A stretch of 64,000 nt of DNA from a virus: positions 4,560 through 68,559 of IMG/VR virus record IMGVR_UViG_3300020446_000009. The stretch is one strand, 5' to 3'. The position numbers and the translations under genes were made by a program. The notes under the pieces are model-generated. The model did no database searches, was not told the origin of the DNA, and saw only the letters and a list, made by a program, of their open reading frames with translations. Positions 29,329 through 41,000 of this stretch are shown piece after piece; positions within the stretch are counted from its first letter, which is position 1; each line of letters starts with the position of its first letter.

Positions 29329-30318
29329 TTATCCCAATTTAGTTTCTATAGCTTTAATACGTTCTTCTAGTTCTAATATTGCCTTATGCATATGAGCTAA
29401 TACTGGTCTATCGTTCATAGTTAAATGTCCATTATCATCAGTAAATACTGCATAAGGTAAAACTTCTTGAACTTCTTGAGCTATAAAACCAGCATCAGGT
29501 TTATTATCTTTTATGTATTCGTAGGCAGTGAATTCTTTTAATGTTTTTAATCCTTCTCCAATTTCAGTAATTTGAGATTTTAATTTTTTATCAGAGGTTG
29601 TTATAAAGTTAGTAGCAGTGACAGTTGAAGAAGCTACTATAGTACCTGCATTTGTTGATGGAGATGTACCTACCCCTAAACAGTGAGATTGTAAATGGCT
29701 AGTAAATTGTGAAGTACCTGTTCCGGTTACTGTAAGTAATCCTCCAACATCTACACCATGAGTTGTTTCTATACTACCTGTAGATAATATAGTATATGTA
29801 TTTCCTGCTAATGAAGAGGTTACTACCATATCATTAGTAGTAGTATTTCCTCTATTTGTAACCATTTGAAGATTATCCTCAGAAGCAGTATAAGAAGCTT
29901 CTACTGAAGATAAAATGGCATAACCTGAGGTACCTTGGGGGAAATTAATTATTGCTGTATCTGCTGTTGGGAAAGAAATATCTTCTGTTAAAACTACATC
30001 ATAATTAGAATCAACAATAGTTACATTTAGGGGTCTAGTATTTAAGTTATGTGTTATATTCCATACACTACTAGCTACATTTTGGATGTGTTGATAACCT
30101 CCAGCATCCGTTCTTACATTAGTAAAAACATTTCCACTACCATCTACAACGAGAGCAGTTGTTGAATTTGAAGCAGATAAATTTATGAATTGAGCGTTAG
30201 ACGAAGTTAGTGAGCCTGTTATATCTACACTACTTGTAACGGTTAAACCGTTTGTTACATCTAAACTATTTAAAGCGGCATCACTTCCGGATATGATGAC
30301 CTTTTTCCAACTTGGCAT
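29329..30318 (-). CDS. Tail fibre protein with C-terminal S74-like chaperone
   Basis: WNITHNLN fibre motif, NLQMVTNRGNTTT, TTSDKKLKSQI...GFIAQEVQEVLPYAV...AILELEERI. Confidence 0.8.
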   Translation of the reverse strand: MPSWKKVIISGSDAALNSLDVTNGLTVTSSVDITGSLTSSNAQFINLSASNSTTALVVDGSGNVFTNVRTDAGGYQHIQNVASSVWNITHNLNTRPLNVTIVDSNYDVVLTEDISFPTADTAIINFPQGTSGYAILSSVEASYTASEDNLQMVTNRGNTTTNDMVVTSSLAGNTYTILSTGSIETTHGVDVGGLLTVTGTGTSQFTSHLQSHCLGVGTSPSTNAGTIVASSTVTATNFITTSDKKLKSQITEIGEGLKTLKEFTAYEYIKDNKPDAGFIAQEVQEVLPYAVFTDDNGHLTMNDRPVLAHMHKAILELEERIKAIETKLG

Positions 30319-30328
30319 ATTAACAATT

Positions 30329-30381
30329 TATTATGGTTGGTTACAGGATTGCCTGCCCACTTCCCTTACGGGCCTATAATA
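30329..30381 (-). ncRNA. Candidate structured cis-regulatory RNA (three-way junction) in the 5' UTR
   Basis: TATTATAGG-CCC GTAA GGG-AAG-TGG GCAGG CAAT CCTGT AA CCA-A-CC ATAATA: three complementary stems and a GNRA loop, GC-rich in an AT-rich genome. Confidence 0.5.
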
Positions 30382-30398
30382 TACTCATAAATATGAAT

Positions 30399-30430
30399 AA
30401 AAAAGAGCTAACTATCAAGCTAACTCTTCT
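30399..30430 (-). terminator. Intrinsic terminator overlapping the stop of 30420..30773
   Basis: AAGAGTTAGCT-TGAT-AGTTAGCTCTT stem followed by a T-run on the minus strand. Confidence 0.6.
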
Positions 30431-30773
30431 TTTTTTGATCTTTTTCAAGAAACCTATATTGGTTTTGAAGCTTTAAGGTAACTTGGAAAACATGCTCCAA
30501 TTGACCACCTTTGAAATTGGCTTCTTTTATAAAGTGGAGTAAAAACATTAATTCCTGTTCATCTAAAGAATTTTTATTTTTACTTGAAAGGATAGAAAGT
30601 CTTTCTTTTAAAATTCTAACATCCTCATTTAATTTATTAACCGTAGATTGAAGTTTTTGAGAATTTTCTACTAAAAGTTCTTTGTGTCTTTCCCATGATA
30701 TGGATGGTGAAGCTTGCTCCACCATCCAATCTGGAATATTCCCAATTTCAACATTTTTTGCCTTGAAACCCAT
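30420..30773 (-). CDS. Small coiled-coil protein, possible fibre assembly chaperone
   Basis: Charged helical 117 aa ORF between fibre genes. Confidence 0.5.
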   Translation of the reverse strand: MGFKAKNVEIGNIPDWMVEQASPSISWERHKELLVENSQKLQSTVNKLNEDVRILKERLSILSSKNKNSLDEQELMFLLHFIKEANFKGGQLEHVFQVTLKLQNQYRFLEKDQKKKS

Positions 30774-30795
30774 TTGAATTAAACATAATTAAAAA

Positions 30796-32142
30796 TTATG
30801 AATATATCCAAATGTCTTCACTATCACCGGCAACATATAGGTTACCTTTTTTATTATACCTAGCACCTGGGTCATTAGCACCATTTGGATCATTTCCATT
30901 AGTATTAATAGCCGCTGCCATAAATGCATCTGGTGTAAAGGCATTTTGGGAAGCATCAAATGAAGCATCTACACCAAATCGAGTTGTAGCTGCATCAAAT
31001 CCGAAGCATTCACCATCTGTTGCACCAGTTTGTTGTATTACAATACCACCATCTCCTGTTGAAGTTGATCCAGAGGCTAATCTGATAAATCTATCAGCTA
31101 CATCTAAATCTTCTGTGTGTTGGAATGAGGCAGTACCTAATACTGTTAAGTTTCTAGAAATTGTAGCATCTCTAGTAACTGTTAAATCTTGTCCAATTGT
31201 TACATCATCTGGTAATCCAATTGTTACAGTATCAGCTGTTGCTGTACTAACTTCAACTTCATTAGCTGTTCCAGAGAATGTTAATGTTTCAGTTAATAGA
31301 TTAACTGCTTGAGCATTTGAACCATCAGTTAAATTTAACGTGGTTGCTATTCCTGTTAATCCACTACCATCACCAGTAAATGAACCAGTAAATGAACCAG
31401 TAGCATCTGTAATAGTTTGAAGTCTAGTAACTGTATCTCCTAAATTAACTACTGTTGTACCTAATGTAATGGTAGAGTTTTGTAATTTAGCATTTGTGAT
31501 ACCAGAATCTTTTACTTGAAGACTATCAGTAGCAATTTCGATTGTAGAATCATCTACATTTGCTGTAACAGTTAATGTTTGGTTAGCACCTGCGGTAGTA
31601 ATACCTGCTCCACCAGCAATAGTAAATGTTTGAGAATCTAAATCTACTGCACCTGTTCCTGAATCACCTGAAAAGTCTAAATCTTCTTGTGATATTTGGT
31701 TATCAACATAAGCAGTTGTGGCTACTTTAGTCGAGTTATCACCTGCAGTTTGTGTGGTTGCTGTTGTACCATCCGCTATGGATCCAGTAAATGAGCCTGT
31801 ATACCCAGTTATATTTAATTGGGTTACTGTATCTCCTAAGGATACATCATCACCACCAAATGTTATACCGTCATTGGCTAATGAGGAATTAGGTACAGCA
31901 CTTAAACTAAAGTTTAAGGTATCCGTTCCAGCATTAGCAGTCATTAATAACCCAGCTCCTGACGAAGAGGCAAAGGTTAAATTTCCTTGTGAATCGTTTG
32001 CAAGTAATTCCGTGCTCAAGAATGAAGCAGTAGAGAATGAATTTCCTGCTGCTGGTACCTGTGATGCACTTATATATCCTGAGTCATTATTTAACTGAGA
32101 TATATTACTACCCGAAACGACGAGTTTTTTCCAAGTTGCCAT
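30796..32142 (-). CDS. Tail fibre protein
   Basis: MATWKKLVVSGS start, DNSTKVATTAYV, VDDSTIE, ITNAKL, VTIGLPDDVTI fibre motifs. Confidence 0.75.
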   Translation of the reverse strand: MATWKKLVVSGSNISQLNNDSGYISASQVPAAGNSFSTASFLSTELLANDSQGNLTFASSSGAGLLMTANAGTDTLNFSLSAVPNSSLANDGITFGGDDVSLGDTVTQLNITGYTGSFTGSIADGTTATTQTAGDNSTKVATTAYVDNQISQEDLDFSGDSGTGAVDLDSQTFTIAGGAGITTAGANQTLTVTANVDDSTIEIATDSLQVKDSGITNAKLQNSTITLGTTVVNLGDTVTRLQTITDATGSFTGSFTGDGSGLTGIATTLNLTDGSNAQAVNLLTETLTFSGTANEVEVSTATADTVTIGLPDDVTIGQDLTVTRDATISRNLTVLGTASFQHTEDLDVADRFIRLASGSTSTGDGGIVIQQTGATDGECFGFDAATTRFGVDASFDASQNAFTPDAFMAAAINTNGNDPNGANDPGARYNKKGNLYVAGDSEDIWIYS

Positions 32143-32205
32143 TGAGAATAATTGTTTTTAGTTAATTAAATAAAATTTTATATCGATTATACGTATTCAT
32201 AACCT

Positions 32206-33351
32206 TTAATCTAATGCAGCCCAAACTGAAGAAGATTGAAAGTAAAGTCCTCCATAGTCTGCAGTTGCAGAAGGTGATGGGGCATCTATATTTGCAAAAA
32301 ATTGTGCTACACCCTCTGAGTTAATTTTAAAAGCATCATAACTAGCAGAATTAACTACAAAAAAGTCAAGATTTGATGCTGTTTGAGTTACTAAAAGTGA
32401 TCCTGTAATGCGAACATCCCTAGAAGAAGTTAAAAATGTTGATCCTATATACCAATCATCATCACCTCCACTACCACCTTCAATAACTATATTAACACCC
32501 TCTTTACCAAAGCTTTCGGTTAAAGTAATATCTTGTATTCCTGAACCTGTAAAATTAACAAATTGGGTATTTCCTTTAGTATATGATCCTGTGTATAAAA
32601 CATCAAGACCTATATCATCTAAAAATTCTTGTACTGCTATTTGATAAGCTCCTACTTCATAACCACCAGCAGGAGTTCCTGCTACGTTTTGGTTAAAAAT
32701 AGTAGCTAAAGAAGAGCTATAAGATAGTTCTACTATAGCAAATGATGTAATACCAGATGAAGCTGCTTTATCATCCTCTTCTGCTAATATTCCATTAGCA
32801 CTACTAGTTATATAAAATGAAGCTTGTTGGGTATTTTGCCTATTTTGTACTCTACTAATTTCATATTGTGCAAACTCACCTGAGATACCACTTGATAATG
32901 AAGCAGTAGATGCTTGAAGTAATAGTACTCCAAATTTATTATCAGTAGGAAGATAATTAGAATCTTCACTACCTGTAATATTATTAAAATTAATTGGGTT
33001 ATTTGTAGGTGAAGTTAATGACCCAGAATTAATAAAATATTGTCCTTTAGGAGGGCTAACTCTACCTAATCTATTAGTTCCTGTAGCTGAAGGAACGGCA
33101 TCTACTTCAATAGTATTATTACCAAGATCAACAGATACAATAGTTACACCCGAAGGAAAGTTTGAAGATGCTATTAATTGTTGACCAGGAATTATATCAT
33201 TAGCACCAAAATATCCACTAACATCTACAACATTAGTTAATGTTGTTGAACTGGTATCACAATCAAATCTTATCCTTATAAAGGAATTAGTACCATTAGC
33301 AAATATAGTGGCGTTATCTATTGCGCCATAAAACAATCGGTCTTGAGCCAT
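32206..33351 (-). CDS. Virion structural protein (tail/fibre-associated)
   Basis: Beta-rich, Ser/Thr-rich, NFTGSG and ITGSL motifs shared with fibres. Confidence 0.55.
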   Translation of the reverse strand: MAQDRLFYGAIDNATIFANGTNSFIRIRFDCDTSSTTLTNVVDVSGYFGANDIIPGQQLIASSNFPSGVTIVSVDLGNNTIEVDAVPSATGTNRLGRVSPPKGQYFINSGSLTSPTNNPINFNNITGSEDSNYLPTDNKFGVLLLQASTASLSSGISGEFAQYEISRVQNRQNTQQASFYITSSANGILAEEDDKAASSGITSFAIVELSYSSSLATIFNQNVAGTPAGGYEVGAYQIAVQEFLDDIGLDVLYTGSYTKGNTQFVNFTGSGIQDITLTESFGKEGVNIVIEGGSGGDDDWYIGSTFLTSSRDVRITGSLLVTQTASNLDFFVVNSASYDAFKINSEGVAQFFANIDAPSPSATADYGGLYFQSSSVWAALD

Positions 33352-33365
33352 CTACAATTATATTT

Positions 33366-35405
33366 TTAGAATAATTGAGCCTTTACAATAATTGGAGAGA
33401 AATTGTCTATTCCCGTTATTTTTAATATATTATAATTGCTACCTAAATTCCATTGTTGATTTATTGTTGGGATATTACCAGAATTACCTGTACCTGTAGC
33501 ACTAATACCTGAAATATTGGCTACATTAATACCCGTTTTGCTTCCAAACGTTCCAGCTCCTTCTTGTGTACCCGCAGGTAATGTCACTTGCATTGGAGCT
33601 GATTCCTGATTATCAGCATATATTAACAACCCGTGTAGTTGGCAACTACCACTTAAAGCACCTGGTGCTGTAATTGATATTGCAGTTACATCTCCACTAT
33701 TATCTGTAACACTGGCGCTAAATGCAGGAACGTATGCTGCACTATCACCCGCAGTTCCTCCTGTTGAATCAACATCTAATGTAAATGTATCCGCATCTGA
33801 TACGGCAACAGCAGAATATTTGTAATCCTGATTAGCATTACGAACCATTACACAATCACCATTACTTAGACCATGGCTAGTACTAGTTACAGTAAGTGTA
33901 GTACCTGATCTAGTCCATGATTTACTTCCAAAATAATCACCAGTAGAAGTTAATTCTAATCTATGAGTAGAATTTGATGAAGCAACATATCTCATAGCAG
34001 TATTATATACTACATCTACTCCTCCACCACCACCTTCAAGTGTTACTGTGACTCCTGATCCCGAAGTTACAACATCTGCAACACCTGAACCTGTAAAATT
34101 AATTCCATCTATGTTTGTAGCTACAGTACTACCACTTTGTTGTACTAATACTGCGGACCCATCAATTCCAGATGTACCTGAAGTTCCGGATGTACCAGAA
34201 GTACCACTTGTTCCAGAAGTACCATCTGCTCCATCAGTAGCAGAGGTTCCAGATGTACCTGAAGTTCCGGATGTACCAGAAGTACCACTTGTACCCGATG
34301 TTCCACTTGTACCTGATGTACCATCAATACCCGAAGTACCAGAAGTACCAGAAGTACCATCTACGGCTGAAGTACCACTTGTACCTGATGTACCTGTTGT
34401 TCCACTTGTGCCTGAAGTACCTGAAGTACTATCTACACCTGAAGTACCAGATGTTCCATCTGTAGCAGAAGTTCCAGATGTACCGGATGTTCCATCTGTA
34501 GCAGAAGTTCCACTTGTTCCCGAAGTACCAGAAGTACCAGATGTACCTGAAGTACCAGATGTTCCACTTGTTCCCGAAGTACCATCAATTCCTGAAGTAC
34601 CATCTTCTCCAGATGTACCAGAAGTACCAGAAGTACCATCTATAGCTGATGTGCCTGAAGTACCGGATGTACCATCATTTGAAACACCTGAGCTACCACT
34701 TGTTCCTGAAGTACCGGATGTACTATCAACTCCAGATGTTCCTGAAGTCCCGTCTGTAGCAGAAGTTCCGCTTGTACCAGATGTACCATCAATTGCGGAT
34801 GTACCACTTGTTCCTGAAGTACCATCATTTGAAACTCCCGAGGTACCACTTGTACCTGAAGTACTATCTACACCTGAAGTTCCAGATGTACCAGCATCTC
34901 CTGAGGTTCCAGAAGTACCATCTACGGCTGAAGTACCACTTGTACCTGATGTACCAGATGCTCCATCATTACCATCTACTCCTGAAGTACCAGATGTACC
35001 AGCAGTAGCTGAAGTACCAGAAGTACCATCCACTCCAGATGTACCATTTGCTCCATTAGATCCATTTACACCTGATGTTCCTGAGGTTCCAGCCGCCCCA
35101 GCTGCTCCATCATTACCACTTGTTCCACTTGTTCCCGAGGTACCAGCAGATCCTCCTCCACCTCCATAAGAACCAGTAAAATGTAATTCTCCCGTAGAAG
35201 TATCAACCATTACTGTTTTATATGCAGTATTAGAATTTTCTGCTATTGTTGGATTTTTAAGAGATCCAGTTACAACAAGAGAACCTGAAATTGTTATATC
35301 GTAATCTTCAGCTCCAGTTAGGGCATCTACAGACTGGGAGACGTGCCATGACTGTATTGTAGCCCCTTGGACTATTTGTGATTCATAATTAAGTACTTTG
35401 GCCAT
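33366..35405 (-). CDS. Tail fibre with collagen-like Gly-Thr-Ser repeat stalk
   Basis: About 330 aa of GTS/GxD triplets between globular ends. Confidence 0.8.
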   Translation of the reverse strand: MAKVLNYESQIVQGATIQSWHVSQSVDALTGAEDYDITISGSLVVTGSLKNPTIAENSNTAYKTVMVDTSTGELHFTGSYGGGGGSAGTSGTSGTSGNDGAAGAAGTSGTSGVNGSNGANGTSGVDGTSGTSATAGTSGTSGVDGNDGASGTSGTSGTSAVDGTSGTSGDAGTSGTSGVDSTSGTSGTSGVSNDGTSGTSGTSAIDGTSGTSGTSATDGTSGTSGVDSTSGTSGTSGSSGVSNDGTSGTSGTSAIDGTSGTSGTSGEDGTSGIDGTSGTSGTSGTSGTSGTSGTSGTSGTSATDGTSGTSGTSATDGTSGTSGVDSTSGTSGTSGTTGTSGTSGTSAVDGTSGTSGTSGIDGTSGTSGTSGTSGTSGTSGTSGTSGTSATDGADGTSGTSGTSGTSGTSGTSGIDGSAVLVQQSGSTVATNIDGINFTGSGVADVVTSGSGVTVTLEGGGGGVDVVYNTAMRYVASSNSTHRLELTSTGDYFGSKSWTRSGTTLTVTSTSHGLSNGDCVMVRNANQDYKYSAVAVSDADTFTLDVDSTGGTAGDSAAYVPAFSASVTDNSGDVTAISITAPGALSGSCQLHGLLIYADNQESAPMQVTLPAGTQEGAGTFGSKTGINVANISGISATGTGNSGNIPTINQQWNLGSNYNILKITGIDNFSPIIVKAQLF
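34150..35150 (-). repeat. 9-bp-period coding minisatellite encoding (GTS)n
   Basis: Degenerate gaagtacca/gatgtacct/cttgttcca units on the plus strand. Confidence 0.85.
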
Positions 35406-35437
35406 TTTACTTACTGTTTGTTATAAATATAATTTTT

Positions 35438-36343
35438 TTATTGTCTATCTACATTTATTAATATAGTTGTGTCAGTTGTTTTTGAAGTAGGTAAAGGTTG
35501 GGGTAATTTACCAACTGCAATTAAATCTCTTTGATCATTATATAAACCCACTGTGGTTACATATGGTGAAAAAGACGCACTAGTTGCAAAACCCCAAGGT
35601 GTACCATTAGATCCACTTATTACAGATGGATTTTGAGTAAAGTTATATTCACTTTCTCCTAAAGTACACTTGTATTGTGTTTCGTATATTGTATATGAAC
35701 TAGAAAATGAACAAGTTACATTTAAATTACTAACGAATGTAGATATTTCTTCATCCCAATAATTTCTCGTTCGTTCTCCTCCAGTTAATACAATAATACC
35801 ATGTTCATAAATAATATTACCTATATAAGTAGATCCAGAAATTAATCTTCCTTCACCATCATCTTCATAACTACCACTAGGGGTAATAAAATTAAATGAT
35901 TCTGGTTGTATATAATCACCATACATATATTGAGGTATAGATAATACTCCAATAGTAGAATTAGAAGCAGTTGGAAAATATCTATAGGCTTCTAAAGTTG
36001 TATTTTCAAAATTTTGATATAAAGGTGAATATGCTCTACCGGTTATAGTTCCATCAGGATTAAAACTAGCAGTAGATACTGTTGAAGTTTCACCACTACC
36101 TGATATATAATTTGAATAATATAATTGTTTTGTTTGATTATAAACTAAAGATTGAGCCTTTCTATTATTAGAAGGCCCAGTTAAAGTTTGATCTGTTAAA
36201 TAATTTGTATTTTTTCCTAAATATCTTCCTATATTGACATTGCTTCCTGATAATGATGTTTGTCCCTCAAATTTAAATCCTTTGTTTAAGTTAAGAGGTG
36301 ATACTATTACATCCTGAGCATTGAGAGTCTTGAAAGCGGCCAT
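35438..36343 (-). CDS. Baseplate/fibre-attachment protein (paralogue of 36347..37375)
   Basis: EYNFTQNPS...PYVTTVGLYNDQRDLIAVGKLPQP C-terminal motif. Confidence 0.6.
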   Translation of the reverse strand: MAAFKTLNAQDVIVSPLNLNKGFKFEGQTSLSGSNVNIGRYLGKNTNYLTDQTLTGPSNNRKAQSLVYNQTKQLYYSNYISGSGETSTVSTASFNPDGTITGRAYSPLYQNFENTTLEAYRYFPTASNSTIGVLSIPQYMYGDYIQPESFNFITPSGSYEDDGEGRLISGSTYIGNIIYEHGIIVLTGGERTRNYWDEEISTFVSNLNVTCSFSSSYTIYETQYKCTLGESEYNFTQNPSVISGSNGTPWGFATSASFSPYVTTVGLYNDQRDLIAVGKLPQPLPTSKTTDTTILINVDRQ

Positions 36344-36346
36344 TCA

Positions 36347-37375
36347 TTAGAAATCTAATTTGATTCTTACTAAAGATTCTTTTGTGAAATTCTTTTGTAT
36401 AGGTCTTGATAATTTAGATACAGCTAATAATTCATTTGAATCATTATATAAACCAACTGAAGTAGGATATACTTGAGGATTATTAATAAAATAACTGTAC
36501 ACTACTTCACCTGTTGAACCTGATATAAATGATGGATTTTCAGAATAATTAAATTCACTATTTCTAGCTCTAATAAATACAAAATCTGAAGTAATTGTTT
36601 CTTCAGAATTTAATGTAAAAGAAGCACCAGATGATATAGTATTATATAATTTTCCTTGATTTAAACCATCGGTATTAGCACTAAGATTAGTACCTAAAGC
36701 AATACCATAAGTTGAATCATCTAAAGCGGCACCATTTAGTATTATAGTGGAAGAATCGGGAAGGAATAAACCGTAAGAACCAATAGTAGTACTACTTCCT
36801 CCTGCTCCTGCGTACCCATTTCCAGCATAAGCCGCTCCATTTGAACCACTTACTACTTCAAATGCTCTTTGAGTACCATAAAATGTAGGTAAAGTTACAT
36901 CCTTTGAATTATCAGTTAAAACAACACTTCTACTACCATTTGTTAAAGTTAAATTCATAGAACCAGGTAATAATTTTTCTTTATATCTAGCTCTATTAAT
37001 TGATATTACATAAAAATATTGGTTAGTAGTTACACCACCAAATGAAAAATCTGAGTTTTCATCTTCTAAAACTAAACTTCTATATTGACCATATACTGTT
37101 CTAGAATAAGATAAAGTAGTAGATACATCAGCATTAAATGCTAAAGATCCTCTACCTGCTTTATCTGCAAAAGCTACATCAAATTGAACCTCAGCATCTG
37201 TGGCAGATGGTGTGGATTGGTATACGGCATAATAATAATCTCCTGATCTGTCTCCTACTTGAGCAGATGAAGTAAAAAAAGTACTTAATGTTGGAGCATT
37301 CCCACTCCATACTGTTGATGAAACAGAGTCAGCACTAACTAAAAAATCTTCGGCTTCTAATCTTTTAAATCCCAT
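36347..37375 (-). CDS. Baseplate/fibre-attachment protein
   Basis: EFNYSENPS...YPTSVGLYNDSNELLAVSKLSRPIQK...RIKLDF. Confidence 0.6.
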   Translation of the reverse strand: MGFKRLEAEDFLVSADSVSSTVWSGNAPTLSTFFTSSAQVGDRSGDYYYAVYQSTPSATDAEVQFDVAFADKAGRGSLAFNADVSTTLSYSRTVYGQYRSLVLEDENSDFSFGGVTTNQYFYVISINRARYKEKLLPGSMNLTLTNGSRSVVLTDNSKDVTLPTFYGTQRAFEVVSGSNGAAYAGNGYAGAGGSSTTIGSYGLFLPDSSTIILNGAALDDSTYGIALGTNLSANTDGLNQGKLYNTISSGASFTLNSEETITSDFVFIRARNSEFNYSENPSFISGSTGEVVYSYFINNPQVYPTSVGLYNDSNELLAVSKLSRPIQKNFTKESLVRIKLDF

Positions 37376-37381
37376 GGCTTA

Positions 37382-38041
37382 TTATGTTGCAGTTTTATTA
37401 ACGGTTATTGGGATAGTTATTCTAGCACCACTATCTAATCCTACTACTGTTAAAGTTGTTCTAATAGTTGTATTAGAACCAAATAAAGTATTTACAGTAG
37501 TTGCTTTAAGATTAATTTGTGAACCAATTACTGTTTTAGAAACATTAGTTCCTAATGTAGTTGTAGCATTTTGAGCTGTTGCTGCTTCACTATTAATACC
37601 CATACCAGTAAAAGTATTCATTAATCTAGTATCTGCTATTGTTGCTGAATATCCACTGGTTTCAAAGGTTTGCTCGTTATCTAAATAATTTAATGTTTGT
37701 GGTGTAATAGCTAATGCTGCTCCTTGTTTAAGTGTAATAGCATCATAACCAAGATTTAACACTGGTAATTTAGCTGTACCACGAGGTAGAGTTACCAACT
37801 TATATTTCATAATTTGACTTTCATCTGGAAATGCTTCTAATAATGGCATTCCATCAATAGCTTCTCCATAATATGAAGATCCAGATGGGTGGGTTGGATT
37901 AAAAAGAGTATAATCTATCTCGTCATCAGATAGAGCAAATTGTGTGATGCGGAAAGAACCATCGTTACGAGCAAGTAATTCACGACCTTTCTTTGTTAAA
38001 ATGGCATCAACAGTTATTACAGTATTATTTAGATATCCCAT
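37382..38041 (-). CDS. Baseplate/tail-collar protein
   Basis: DAILTKKGRELLA...ITQFALSDDEIDY resembles the LTxxGxxLLA start of tail-collar fibre anchor domains. Confidence 0.55.
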   Translation of the reverse strand: MGYLNNTVITVDAILTKKGRELLARNDGSFRITQFALSDDEIDYTLFNPTHPSGSSYYGEAIDGMPLLEAFPDESQIMKYKLVTLPRGTAKLPVLNLGYDAITLKQGAALAITPQTLNYLDNEQTFETSGYSATIADTRLMNTFTGMGINSEAATAQNATTTLGTNVSKTVIGSQINLKATTVNTLFGSNTTIRTTLTVVGLDSGARITIPITVNKTAT

Positions 38042-38071
38042 TTTGTAAATATATATATTTTGTTATAAATA

Positions 38072-41000
38072 TTAAATTATTCTTTTTTCAATTAAATCCT
38101 TAAGTACTTCATCAGGATTGCGATCATATTTTTCGATTCTATGCTCAGGTAATAAAATACCAGGTGAAGAAGAAGCAGATACAGGGAAACCATATGGTTT
38201 TTGTTGATCTAAAATTATAAAGTTTCTATTTTCTTTATATCTTCTTACCACAAAGAAATCTAAATTTGTTGGTTGTTTATTTATAATATCTCCATTTGAG
38301 GATGTGTATTCAAATGGTGGGGCAATGGTTATATGTAAACCATCATTTTCAGGATTAGTACTATAAGGATCTATAGGTGGTCTAACTCCCTGTTTTCCAC
38401 CTGCTGAAGTAATAGTGTAAACTAAGTCTTCATTATTTTCAAATCTAATTTCATCTCCTATTTCTAATGACCAAGGATCAACTACGGGATCAAATTCTAC
38501 AAAGTCAGGTTCAATAGTAGATGGGAATACTACTTCTGTATCTCCTACATAAGGTATTTTAGCTTGAACATAGTATTGACCATTAGTATTATTTCCATCT
38601 TCATCAAAAATACCATATGCTTGATTTAATATAGAAGAAGACATAAATAACATATCTGTAGTACCCGAGATTCTTCTCCAATATGGTCCAACAGCTCCAT
38701 TTACATTTTGATCACTATTTGCAATTGGTGATGTAATATTATATTTTAATACTGGGCTAGTGTTATAACCACTAGTTAATCCTGGGTTAAATGTTGTCCT
38801 CCATGAAGGTCCATTTTTAATGTAATCCCCATCTCTTATATAGGATCTAAAGAAATCATCATTTCTTCCACTATCACCAGGTTGGGTTATTTGCCCTTTA
38901 ACTTTAAGGAACATTCCTGATCCTTGTTTTACATTTTTTAATTTAAATTTAATACTCCATTTATATACTACATTAGCTCCATCTATACCAATGTTTCCTT
39001 GACCATCATTATACCATCCTCCTCCAATTAATACTTGGGCTTCTTTTCTATTTGTACTATCTGAAGACCAGTCAGAATTACCATATATTTGTTGGATAAT
39101 TATTTTTTCTAAATACCTACTATCTGGTTTAAATTCAATTTGATTATTTGATATATAATATTGACGATCAAATCCACTAGGACTTGGTTCAATAGTTAAA
39201 GTTTTATAAACAGATTCATCTGATAATCCCGCATTTTCAATTGGGGTTAAAGTAATTTGGGATATTTCAAAATTATTGCTATTAGCAACAAATACTTCAC
39301 TAGGGTTAGTTGGTACTTTTATAAATGGGGCTAATGTTACATTAGCAATTTGTCTATATTTGTCCTTAGATTGTCTTGAAGTATATAAATCTCCTTTCTG
39401 CCAATGTTTAGAACTTCCATTAGGTCTTCTATATCTTGCAGGGAATGTTGATGAGTAAAATATAAATTCACCGTCAACTTCATATTTATCTGATAGATCT
39501 GCTCCCAGAGTATTAGGAGTAATTGCCGCAGAATCTAATGGGAATAAAAGTGTACTAGCAGCACTACCAGTAGGAAGATTTGGAGTAGTATTAGTAGTAA
39601 AAGGTGTAATATCACCACTAGCAAAACTAGCAGTTGTTAACTGATTCCCTACAGTTAAATCTTCAGTATCATTATTTGTTGAAGCAACTGGGAAATCGGA
39701 GTTTGATTGAGCAGCATTAATATTAACAGCAAGATTTGTAAACCCACTCCCAATTCCTAAAGTACCATAGAAAGGACTTCCAGACATAATAATGTTATTA
39801 GTATGCCCTAAACTTGAGGTTTGAGAATATAATATTGGGGATGGATATTTACCTAATTTAAAAGTAGAAGATAATCCTTTATTTAATCTTGATAATTCCT
39901 TTGCTTCCTCTATACTTTGTAAACTAGTTTTTACTCTTGTTGGTTTTGCATCATAATCATACAATTGGAAAGTTTTTTCAAAAAGTGAAAAGTTTATGTC
40001 TGATAATGTAGGATCGTATATTGTCCCACTTTCATCAATTAAATATTTAACATAATATGCCGTTTTTCCATTTAAATTAGGATATGTATCTATTATTTTA
40101 TTAAAATAAGCAATATATGAATTTCTTAGTTGTACATTAGGTATTTTACCTAATGGTGAACCTTTTCCTTTATTTACAATCTCAGGTGTAGATATGTCAG
40201 CCTGATAATAAAAAGAGTTTGTACTATCTACATCATCATTAGGATTATATTCATTTATTTGTCTTCTACTTGTAGATGATCCTATATATCGTGCAAATGA
40301 AGAACCCAACTGGGTATAATGTGATTCGGGTACAGTTGCCCTAACCGCCTCATCTTTTATAATTTGATCAAAATTAATAGGATTAAGTACATCTACTGAA
40401 TAATCTACATCTTGTAAACGTTCATTTGGTCTTTGTCCAAATACATTATTATTAATAGGATCACAATCATCGTTAAGTTCAAGATAATTATTGAAAGTAA
40501 CAGGTACTAAATCTTGAGCAGGATATACTAAATTACCAAAACTCATAGTATAATTATTTACTATAAGTGATGAATTGAAATTAGATGATTCATTTCCTAC
40601 TTCTACTGCTAATCTAAGATTATCACCTATAGAAATTTCATAAGGTTGTAATGTAGTTTTTAGCGTAGATTCTAAACCATATAATATATTAGTAGAATTA
40701 ATTGATGTTACATCACTTGCTATTACATTATTATTTTGATATAATTTTAAAGTAGCACTTTGCCATGTATTAACATCATCTCCACTTCCGGTTCCGCCAT
40801 ATTCAAATTCATTATCACCATAACTACCAGTTCCATATGAAGATGATCTTATTACATTTATTGAAGTATATCCAAAATTAACTGATGCTGTTATTTGGAG
40901 TTCTTCTAGAGGAGTAGTATCAAAAGTATATACACCATCAGTTGGTCTTTCATTAGCTAATGAGCTGGAATAAGCAATATAAACAGTTTCAAATTCATTA

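Noticed and set aside
34150-35150. Possible CRISPR array or non-coding satellite
   Set aside because: Period is 9 bp, variation is mostly synonymous and it lies in frame in a CDS; no unique spacers.
34048-35169. 373-aa plus-strand PEV/PDV-repeat ORF and overlapping short ORFs
   Set aside because: Antisense or alternate-frame shadow of the GTS repeat; no start context or promoter.
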